DNA of 55,896 nucleotides from a virus (Duplodnaviria; Caudoviricetes): IMG/VR virus record IMGVR_UViG_3300021364_000026, positions 1 to 55,896 of that record; one strand, 5' to 3'. Shown piece by piece: positions 50,201 to 55,896 of this stretch (position 1 is its first letter; each line of letters starts with the position of its first letter). The notes under the pieces were generated by a model. It saw only the letters and a program-made list of their open reading frames with translations, ran no database searches and was not told where the DNA came from. The position numbers and the translations under genes were made by a program.

Positions 50201-52349
50201 CTTTAGCATCTATCAACCAGTCATCTTCTATGTCACTTATTACATCTTCTAATTTTGATTTAAATTTTACAAGAGGCTTTTGGTCTAAATCAAGAGAACC
50301 TATAAATGAATTCAATTCAGTTTCAGCACCTCCTTGACCGTAGAAAGTAGTCTGAGCATTTTCATCATATGCTACAGTTGCCCAACTATTTTTTTGATCT
50401 TTAAATAAAGAATTAAGATGTGAAATTGCATCATCAATTTCAGACTGATCGCTATCCTTTTTTGCGTCTGCTTTTAATTCAATATTTTTTGTATTAAAGC
50501 CATTAGAACTATTAGTAATGTCATCTGATAAGTTAAGACCTGTAAAAGCATTGTAGTTTATAGAAACCTTTAAAAATGCTTCAGTAGAATATAATCGTAA
50601 CATTGCTGCAATATAGTTTGCAGCTTTAAGTCTTCTCTGATCTCTTTCATCACCTTCAGTCTCAGTATTAAATTCTTTAACAAACTGGGATAACCTTTCA
50701 ATAAACTTAGAACCTGCAACATGATCTAAATAATCACCAATAAAAGGTGTTTTAACAGAATTATCATTAGAAAAAGGTCTAAATTGGTATTTGATATCCT
50801 TACCTAATTTAACTTCAGCTTTTACAGCAAAAAAGTCTTCAAAGTTATTTTCTGTTTTTAACTTTAAGTTAACAGGTGTTTCTTTGATAGAATATTTAGC
50901 AAAATTAACGCTTGGCTTAAGCGTTAATACGACACTTTGCTGACGCATTTTTCCGCCCGAGCCGATTTGGCTTTGTTGAGTGTCACCTTCGTAAATATAT
51001 CCGTCTAAACATCCAGTAAATTCATAAGAAACAGCAGGTAATATATTTAAAAGTTTATTTGGATCAATTGACCCGTCCTCTTTCATTCCTTTTAAAAAGT
51101 TTGCAAATGAGTTTCTATCAAAAGTAGGCGAATATGTTTGTTCACCAACGTCAGTTCCAAAACTAGATTTTTGAATAGTTTTGTTGTTTGCTTTAAAGTC
51201 ACTTGCTGCAACTACACCTACTTCATTTTGCTGCGGATCTGGTAAAGTTGCATTGGTACCAAAGACGTCGTCTAAGTTAGCTGAATCTGTTGGAAGTACT
51301 TCTATTTTTTGAAGCGCTTGCGCTGCTGCATTTCCAGTTTTACCTTTTCTAGAAAAAGGCATTTTACCTTGTTTTACGTCACCAGTATCTACAAAAGACT
51401 CCAAGTCTTCAATGTCTATTTGAACTTGATCTGTTTTACCTGAATCGTCAACATCATCTTTATTTACTAGTCTAGACCACCAACTACCTTTTTGACTTTT
51501 CTCTTCATCATCTTTTTTTTCGTTTAATAAGTCACCTTCAAACAATAAAGAAGAAAGAGAATTCTCATGAAGTTTATTTGCGTTAAAAGGAATATAGTTT
51601 TCTTCCTTCTTATCACCTTGCTGTTGACTAGTCTCTTCAGAATCTTGTTCGCTGCTTCCTCCACCCATTGGTTCATTACCGCCAGTTGGTCTTCTTTTTG
51701 ATTGCAGCTTTTCAATTCTCTGCAAAGGAGTAGATTTACCTGTCATAAAAGATGATTGAATAGTTTCTACTTCACTTGCCAAAACCATTTCAGGATGAAG
51801 CTCATTTAAGCCGGCATGCATTACAGCTTTACCTTTTTCAGGCTCTTGCAAACCAAAAAACGATTTATGTAAAGCTATATTTTCTTTTTTGATAGGCGCA
51901 AAAAGTGCAGGTATATAAAATATTCCAACATACTCATCACTGCCTTTTTTGCCGCCTAGATTTTCCATTTCCTTATTGTTTAAAAATAGAGGTACAACTT
52001 GTTGCTTTTCATATTTTTTAAAGTCGACAGGATTTAGGCCTACTTTTTGTTCACCTTTAACCTGCATAGGATTGACCTTTAAGCCTTTAATTGCTACGTT
52101 CTTAAGCTGATTAAGCATCTGATACGTTATTATGCCTAGAGGCTTTTTAAGTACATCTTCAGGCATAGAGTCAGGATCAGGAATCTGATCATTTATTTTT
52201 TGTGCTATAGCTTTAGAAACAGCTCTTAGTGTTGCCATTGATAAAGTTTGAACGTTATCTTCAATAGGAACTTCTTTTTTATTTTCAAAAATATCGTGAA
52301 CTTCACTATTACTCATCTCAAATAAAGCGTCTTTAAGTTTTAAACTCAT
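44250..52349 (-). CDS. giant protein (2699 aa), candidate internal virion/ejection polyprotein
   Basis: Ala/Gly-rich hydrophobic hairpin near aa 920-975, coiled coil, peptide repeats, recurring SLLFE motifs. Confidence 0.88.
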   Translation of the reverse strand: MSLKLKDALFEMSNSEVHDIFENKKEVPIEDNVQTLSMATLRAVSKAIAQKINDQIPDPDSMPEDVLKKPLGIITYQMLNQLKNVAIKGLKVNPMQVKGEQKVGLNPVDFKKYEKQQVVPLFLNNKEMENLGGKKGSDEYVGIFYIPALFAPIKKENIALHKSFFGLQEPEKGKAVMHAGLNELHPEMVLASEVETIQSSFMTGKSTPLQRIEKLQSKRRPTGGNEPMGGGSSEQDSEETSQQQGDKKEENYIPFNANKLHENSLSSLLFEGDLLNEKKDDEEKSQKGSWWSRLVNKDDVDDSGKTDQVQIDIEDLESFVDTGDVKQGKMPFSRKGKTGNAAAQALQKIEVLPTDSANLDDVFGTNATLPDPQQNEVGVVAASDFKANNKTIQKSSFGTDVGEQTYSPTFDRNSFANFLKGMKEDGSIDPNKLLNILPAVSYEFTGCLDGYIYEGDTQQSQIGSGGKMRQQSVVLTLKPSVNFAKYSIKETPVNLKLKTENNFEDFFAVKAEVKLGKDIKYQFRPFSNDNSVKTPFIGDYLDHVAGSKFIERLSQFVKEFNTETEGDERDQRRLKAANYIAAMLRLYSTEAFLKVSINYNAFTGLNLSDDITNSSNGFNTKNIELKADAKKDSDQSEIDDAISHLNSLFKDQKNSWATVAYDENAQTTFYGQGGAETELNSFIGSLDLDQKPLVKFKSKLEDVISDIEDDWLIDAKDSKEEAKKVFDYYGGKGRALLQKIVKILISAIKGNTDDIPISGAEQRKQASTDQITRENLVPSIKKAIDDEFESLSPLIKGSPNHKTKEFIGTKYLEAIEKSIKDNKPIKLNLDKMLEDQVQSNDIDSFIIMNAVMRKLKEDSADLDVFLEELDSETFKDDLENTLNKMIQNAIAGILGGNAGTLNAGHDISGKPLNEKITAKGAASAVDSAAKAGATAGMLAYGATFIPIIGSIGTVTTIAGAAPYLFAAAATAYIGKSFFKIAQNAIERGKGYYKTPEMFSQEVLKAAEPMIRSSIKGILSGLYINIFMGLEDKLKEQGITLTYSSEQLVGVANGFKQNEEKKKKKENLNPLGQKIYSEIIDNAYKYKSETKIGNFINVSSIENMLIESFFGSSDNKRNSFAGIIDMLQDDSMNENVDFIYKLGLAYLLKEADDADDAKSKNSKKKAKSFQINQMRIELTKIISEKFGTENFKKDIMNALNEELKKIEGQKQGWFSRIGSRKEKSRKAYFKIMENVLGLTRNEALMLVKDVDGLFAELGENFTKRDVENLLNENIISGSLSNFLFEAPSPGLKGAGAQKHPDFKQKASEALQKVTISDDDQSAITTNLEGAFKKFKLDIDYSSIKREGDNFIVSFTKDDKPWEQFKLTQSEFNSLKSGSASDLKDVVSQHYNALRDGRELSDLIDMTKADGITGEFHPGLLGKIGKITSDDSSVFIKFKDGSQIEYSIKDVMAGKSRVFAYDNGVKIRPEINDKYAGLQQEDLIKDATSIKGNSELPAKKPVEPNYFDKDANEAHVESLKKQDKPTEGFKTKEQVEQSETVSSMSSDSFEQQLEIANDAHKPAIENLENAKKALEAAQKEWHEVLTSDSDPDIFGKLLPAVNKKSAAEAAYNEALEEYNESLDYLNDVRLQHPKLADAKFDIEEYSEQLKAASENVKDATKVADSLSEKFLKLDREGADPEVIESARQELERASYKLEIATQKQNLAQARLDLANAKADLLAKETIEADPEDIDSVRAQVEGLEDTLKTAQEKLKQAKSNLADTEIESANAEEAAADAAAKEATADADAEAAKGSPDEVSAEEVQAVSSDELENLKKIELDNGEFAAQNQADAINGYMNDNANIPNNHKWEVSYDKTNDTFRVEHLDKDGNALEDAQSYPASPEGRDELVKNLNKDVSDVRELGRTTSQKSATFTSDDELFDDNVRTIKDLKPGNEGGTEAGNEGGTEAGNEGGTEAGNEGGTEAGNEGGTEAGNKDVNKDVNKDVNKDVNKDVDPADADGGGLEFNDVYPILLLTKIGLATYMRADKRILETGRVSNMLGEVDWSRLPAVMFSEIICKTLIKYRKELAENSVNITGELAKIDSLSPSGSSTPQTKSVAGRGLANKIKQDLRKNPGLFGRGKNKASKLKAEDITDDMILDQLEKDLANVCSGIIKKYDKKKHAELVKTADKHTFHKESTGIFTRLFKNNSYESVINRIDGEKVKTNRDKALKASTAEDTSKLADVMLSIVKKAKDLNESSEYILGKLSSLLFESNSLLLEETAKSITADDLRSELNASGVLMYGDSELEESSKEFKEAENYLLGTVAAYLKSNFDVEITGVEEFKKLNLNAVVAEDMVNKEAKEGEPASKEVEEETKNAPVPKDMNQPFDPAQFMNLMNSCGGNPMFAFFMMMMQNPQLMQQLQGMQQSGGTIGDAVKLVSAESEELTGLDKLIDTAIKTKRRNRPLINVAEVKKLYNLVNSGELFESIPNIQRVGFSNDFSKGDSELFMDIVNGLFKVTKEDVSYSSNEFGRVVGIIDSIYDLNNVSYNDPTSFDGAHNILDYARQLAAEKILNIGNQESSDYKNNRCLSYHATKKQNNSAETYYSQALFNQFASVDNNDVIDQLKSVYDITIRTHHSGGGANYSFASDDDLKKFKAAYKDAFVKADAAIGGLSLQESYSRRRSYRNVKQRKLNDVVNITNIIRESNVLEKEYKKLWNLK
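46375..46434. repeat. 12-bp tandem repeat x5 (ACATCTTTRTTA; NKDV)
   Basis: Five units alternating A/G, in frame. Confidence 0.95.
46431..46558. repeat. 24-bp tandem repeat x5 plus partial (ATTACCAGCTTCTGTTCCACCTTC; GNEGGTEA)
   Basis: Five identical units, no spacers, in frame. Confidence 0.97.
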
Positions 52350-52419
52350 ATTATGTGCTACCTACTACTATTAATTTCAAATTAATTATAGTAATAAATA
52401 TAAAGATGATTATTATTTT

Positions 52420-52851
52420 TTAGACGTTTTGAATATATTGTTCTACTTCAATACCAGCAGACGTTAACATGTTAATGCCTGTATTGTCTCTATACTGAGT
52501 TTTATATACTACTTTTTTAATTCCACTGTTAATAACAGCTATAGCGCAATTTTCACAAGGGCTTAGCGTCAAATACATAACTTTATTTTTTGGGTTATTA
52601 TAATCCAATTTCAATAAAGCATTAATTTCAGCGTGCAGCAAACCGCTGCAGCCAGGTTCTTCAGATTGAGGTATGTTTGACAAACCAGCAGCATTACCAT
52701 TATACCCTAAAGAAAGTACTTGCGTATTATCTGACGTTACTATAAGTGCACCTACTTTAAACGTAGAATGATGACTTCTCTTGGCTATTGTCTCTGCCAT
52801 TGTCATCCAGACTTCATCCCATGTAGGTCTATTTTTTATAGACTCTTTCAA
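52420..52851 (-). CDS. dCMP deaminase
   Basis: RPTWD, VGA, GYNG, HAEINA, PCENC. Confidence 0.93.
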   Translation of the reverse strand: MKESIKNRPTWDEVWMTMAETIAKRSHHSTFKVGALIVTSDNTQVLSLGYNGNAAGLSNIPQSEEPGCSGLLHAEINALLKLDYNNPKNKVMYLTLSPCENCAIAVINSGIKKVVYKTQYRDNTGINMLTSAGIEVEQYIQNV

Positions 52852-52852
52852 A

Positions 52853-53428
52853 CTAACTCTCTTTCTTTACTTTAAAAGTAGTGTAGTGAGAAGAACATCT
52901 AGGCTCGTACATTCCTTTTGAACCAACTCTCTCTTCGTCAGATGCATTATCAATATCAAACATTGCCTCTGTAAAATAAGCATCGTTATCACATTTAGTA
53001 CACACAGCAGGGCAAACTTCTATTTTCGTTGCAAAAGGCATCATTTCTTTAATAGACAAGAAAGGTACTTCGTTTGCATCTAATTGAATCGAAGAAAGAA
53101 CTATTGATATATTATGTCTATATAAAGAAATTAAAACTGGCGCTATATTTGATATCATAAAAGCTTCATCTACAGCGATTATTGTCTTTGGATTATAATC
53201 GCCTTCTTTTAGATGAAGCAATATTTCTTTTGCATCTTCAATGCAGACAGCAGGATAAGATCCTCCGCTATGTGTACTAATCTTGTCTATACTGTATCTG
53301 TCATCTCTTTTTGCTTTAAAAGCCAAGACTTTACGACCTTTATATAACGATCGATCAATCTCAGCCATAAGTCTAGTTGTTTTTGAGCCGAACATAGGCC
53401 CAGTAAATATTGTAAAACTTGGATTCAT
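52853..53428 (-). CDS. tdk: thymidine kinase
   Basis: GPMFGSKT, DDRY, VDEAF, CTKC, YEPRC. Confidence 0.93.
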   Translation of the reverse strand: MNPSFTIFTGPMFGSKTTRLMAEIDRSLYKGRKVLAFKAKRDDRYSIDKISTHSGGSYPAVCIEDAKEILLHLKEGDYNPKTIIAVDEAFMISNIAPVLISLYRHNISIVLSSIQLDANEVPFLSIKEMMPFATKIEVCPAVCTKCDNDAYFTEAMFDIDNASDEERVGSKGMYEPRCSSHYTTFKVKKES

Positions 53429-53436
53429 TTATTCTC

Positions 53437-54330
53437 CTAAGGAACTATGTGTGCAGATCTAATGTTAATTGTTAAGTCAACAGGCACACTCTCGTCTAAA
53501 CTCATAAACTCTGCAATTTTTACGCTTAATATCTTTAAGAATTCATAGTCTGCCCATAATGTTGTTATAACATTAGAAGATCTAAATGTAGCTGAAACGT
53601 TTAAACGATTTTGTCTAAATAAAGCGTGAACCATAGATATACAACTGTCGTCTGTATAAATAAACCTTCTGCTATCATGTTTTTGTGGCACATTATGCTG
53701 ATTAATTCCGGCAAATTCTTTAAATATTTTATTCTGAATATCATTAGTCATTTTTTCATAATATTCTTTTTCTTGCGGAAATTCTAGCACTCTATAATCT
53801 AAGCTGCTAATGTCAACTGTCTCTTTACATTGCACGTCAACTAGCTCGTTTCTACCACTATTAACGACAATAGACTTAATAAGATCACCACTTGGGACTT
53901 CATTCATCTCTTCAATAAAGTCTAAACATATGTCTACTTTTTCTTCTAAGTCTTCTTTGTCTTCTAATACTAATACATTTGGAAAATGTCCAAAACCCAT
54001 TTTAGCAATATTTTGAAAATAACTTCTTACATTCAAGATGCTATTTTCATCTTGAAACTCGTCACCGCGCTTTTTTAGACGTCTTACAACAGTTTCTTCG
54101 GATGGTAATAGTATAATATACAGTGTATCTAAACGTTTAATGTCATCTAAAATCTTGTCAAACCACAGTGAAGAATCTTCACGTTCATACATTTTAGCAT
54201 AGACATACATAGAAATACAGCTTCTGTCTTGAATATTGTATTTAAAGTTTGTTTCTTTATGAAGCCTATTAAACAACGTAGTTTTACCACTACAATCAGG
54301 GCCTTCAATGTTTATATTTAAAAATCGCAT
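53437..54330 (-). CDS. dNMP kinase fused to a truncated thymidylate-synthase-fold domain
   Basis: IEGPDCSGKTT and QDRS; C-terminal SRR...SCIS...FRSSNV...ADY...SAHI. Confidence 0.8.
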   Translation of the reverse strand: MRFLNINIEGPDCSGKTTLFNRLHKETNFKYNIQDRSCISMYVYAKMYEREDSSLWFDKILDDIKRLDTLYIILLPSEETVVRRLKKRGDEFQDENSILNVRSYFQNIAKMGFGHFPNVLVLEDKEDLEEKVDICLDFIEEMNEVPSGDLIKSIVVNSGRNELVDVQCKETVDISSLDYRVLEFPQEKEYYEKMTNDIQNKIFKEFAGINQHNVPQKHDSRRFIYTDDSCISMVHALFRQNRLNVSATFRSSNVITTLWADYEFLKILSVKIAEFMSLDESVPVDLTINIRSAHIVP

Positions 54331-54352
54331 ATGTCACTTTCTTTTAAGCATT

Positions 54353-54381
54353 ATAATATAATTAAAAATATAAATTTACAA
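54353..54381 (-). promoter_or_regulatory. promoter TTGTAA-N17-TATTAT of the pyrimidine cluster
   Basis: Variant of the class I motif in the divergent gap. Confidence 0.5.
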
Positions 54382-54441
54382 AAAAATAAGAACATTACGT
54401 AATATTTATATTTAAAAGCATATTACAGGAGAACATATAAT

Positions 54442-55098
54442 ATGAGAATCACAGAAAGACGTTTGCGTCAAATTATTAGAAGTGTCATTAAAGAATCAAA
54501 AATAGATGAACAAGAAGACATGCCTCAAGATCCAGATCTTGCTGATGATCAAGGGCTTATGTCAGACATAATGAACACTGCAAGACAAATTCCTGAAGGA
54601 ATAAAGATTAAGTCTGCAAAAAGTATTAAACAATTAAGAGAAAACAGAGACTTAAATTCTCAAAGCGTAAAAGAATTTATTTCTGGTTCTTTAGACGCAA
54701 ACGGTAAATTAATTGCTTTATTTAATCTAGATTTGCATGGAAATCATGGCAAATTAGGTACTGAATTGGTTGGTTTAGGCGCAGGAGGTCTACTAGCAAA
54801 GGTTACATATGTAATAAATGTTTTAGCTGGACATGGCTTCTGGGTTAAAATGTTTGGTGCTACTTTGGCAGGTGGATTTGCTGCATTAAATACAGTAATA
54901 GGCTTAAGTGTAGCTGTAGGTGCTGTTGGTTATTGGTTAACAAAAAAAGCAATTAAAAATTCTAATATGAGCAGCGTCTCAGTTCCTGACTGGTATGAAA
55001 TGAAAGAATTTAAAAAAAGCATCAATCTAAACGAAAAAGATTTGTTATCAATGTCTTTAGAAGAGCTATGTGAAAAATACAATATTCCTATGCCTTAA
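54442..55098 (+). CDS. virion-like protein with leader and Gly-rich membrane segments
   Basis: MRITERRLRQIIRSVIKES; LAGGFAALNTVIGLSVAVGAVGYW; AGGAG RBS. Confidence 0.82.
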   Translation: MRITERRLRQIIRSVIKESKIDEQEDMPQDPDLADDQGLMSDIMNTARQIPEGIKIKSAKSIKQLRENRDLNSQSVKEFISGSLDANGKLIALFNLDLHGNHGKLGTELVGLGAGGLLAKVTYVINVLAGHGFWVKMFGATLAGGFAALNTVIGLSVAVGAVGYWLTKKAIKNSNMSSVSVPDWYEMKEFKKSINLNEKDLLSMSLEELCEKYNIPMP

Positions 55099-55101
55099 TT
55101 T

Positions 55102-55896
55102 TTAATCAAAGGCGTTAATCTTTTTAAGCTTACCTAAGTTAGTAGACATACCCCAGCCACTATCATTTTTAACGTCTGCTAGCCAAGTACTAAACTCAAC
55201 ACTATCATCAAGAGAACCCCATACTCTTAACCAACCACTTCGATTATCAGAGTCAACGCATTTCCATCTCATAAATGGCTTGCCGTTCTTTGTAGTCTTA
55301 CGAATAACTTCTGTTACTGTAAACCATCCAATGCCACGTTGGCCACTAGGTATATCAAATAGGCTGTTAATTTGTTTTGCGTTTAACTTTTTCATTAATT
55401 CAGGTGGAAATAGGAGGTCGTCACTTGCATCATTACTGAGTTCAAAGTAATTCTTGATTTTTTCTGATCTATTCCAGTCTTGAACAACTCTAAATTTTGA
55501 AATTAAGCTTTCTACGATCGGCACAATAACTTCATCGTTTTTTTGTGCACGTTTTACAGCAGTTTTTGTCATTCCCCAATAACCTTTCTTTAATGTTGTA
55601 TAGTTATCGAGGATTAAATCGTGTAGCTGCTTATGATTATCAAGATCACCATCTTTAAACTCTTGGAGAGACTTAAATGCTTCCATCTTTGTTAGTGACG
55701 CAAAAGCTGTTTTATTTAACTTGGAATGTTTCCATACACCTTCTTTATCAAAAAATAGATTATTTAAGTTTTTATATGGTCTATTTGCAAATACTTCTTC
55801 AACAGCTTTGTCACCTACTCCTTTAAGAGATGTTAACGGAGGAACAAAAGCTTTTAATTCTTCAACATACTCCCATTCAGAACCTGAGTGATTGAT
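55102..55896 (-). CDS. dnaE: DNA polymerase III alpha subunit, C-terminal part (5' truncated by the window)
   Basis: Frame open to the edge: INHS...LTSLKGVGDKAVEEV..NRPY...LNKTAF..L..MEAF HhH region; OB-fold KTTKNGKPF...RVW. Confidence 0.88.
   Translation of the reverse strand: MNHSGSEWEYVEELKAFVPPLTSLKGVGDKAVEEVFANRPYKNLNNLFFDKEGVWKHSKLNKTAFASLTKMEAFKSLQEFKDGDLDNHKQLHDLILDNYTTLKKGYWGMTKTAVKRAQKNDEVIVPIVESLISKFRVVQDWNRSEKIKNYFELSNDASDDLLFPPELMKKLNAKQINSLFDIPSGQRGIGWFTVTEVIRKTTKNGKPFMRWKCVDSDNRSGWLRVWGSLDDSVEFSTWLADVKNDSGWGMSTNLGKLKKINAFD

Noticed and set aside
44250-52349. Tape-measure protein call
   Set aside because: No adjacent tail tube or chaperone genes and no regular aromatic periodicity seen; not fully excluded
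1920-54016. Antisense and alternate-frame ORFs in the track (e.g. 1920, 4985, 36443, 40556, 46310, 46393, 47500, 53810)
   Set aside because: Nested within longer genes, with Ser/Leu/Phe-rich shadow composition or mirror images of repeats, and no motifs
352-54408. Shared ACATTACGT(A)ATATTTA at 352 and 54392
   Set aside because: Only two AT-rich copies in different gene contexts; cannot be told from chance by eye
1-55896. Stop-codon reassignment
   Set aside because: Standard code gives dense, intact genes; TAA, TAG and TGA all end genes at sensible positions
1-55896. Bacterial chromosome or eukaryotic giant virus origin
   Set aside because: Shine-Dalgarno sites, sigma factor and dnaE indicate a bacterial system; high orphan density and scattered truncated host-like genes indicate a large phage
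1-55896. tRNA genes, introns or inteins
   Set aside because: Intergenic gaps are short and AT-rich with no T-loop cloverleaf; recognised enzymes show no large insertions

Overview
AT-rich (roughly 30% GC by eye), gene-dense, standard-code segment of a large (jumbo/huge) tailed phage genome, mostly on the minus strand. Recognisable genes: ATP-dependent DNA ligase, MoxR-type AAA ATPase plus VWA/HExxH partner, RadA/Sms core, lytic transglycosylase, a guaC/guaB-like-purA-purB operon, UvsE, thermonuclease, a sigma70-family factor, GroEL, 5'-3' exonuclease, Fe/Mn SOD, dCMP deaminase, thymidine kinase, a dNMP kinase/thymidylate-synthase-like fusion, and the 3' end of dnaE. Many unknown proteins share amphipathic L/I-x-E leader motifs suggestive of protease-processed head cargo. 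Most notable observations: (1) a lipoprotein with an aerolysin/ETX-type tip at the centre of a 126+128-residue Ser/Thr-rich hairpin, a candidate very long trans-envelope beta-barrel; (2) a sigma factor lacking region 4.2, followed by an overlapping HTH gene across an in-frame T_TTA_AAC slippery site, together with a recurrent non-canonical CGTGYA-N16-18-TATAAT promoter; (3) a probable GMP-to-AMP conversion operon; (4) a kinase-fused TS homologue carrying the dCMP-specificity Asp, hinting at modified cytosine. No tRNA, rRNA, CRISPR array or transposase was seen. All family assignments are by motif recognition, with no database search.
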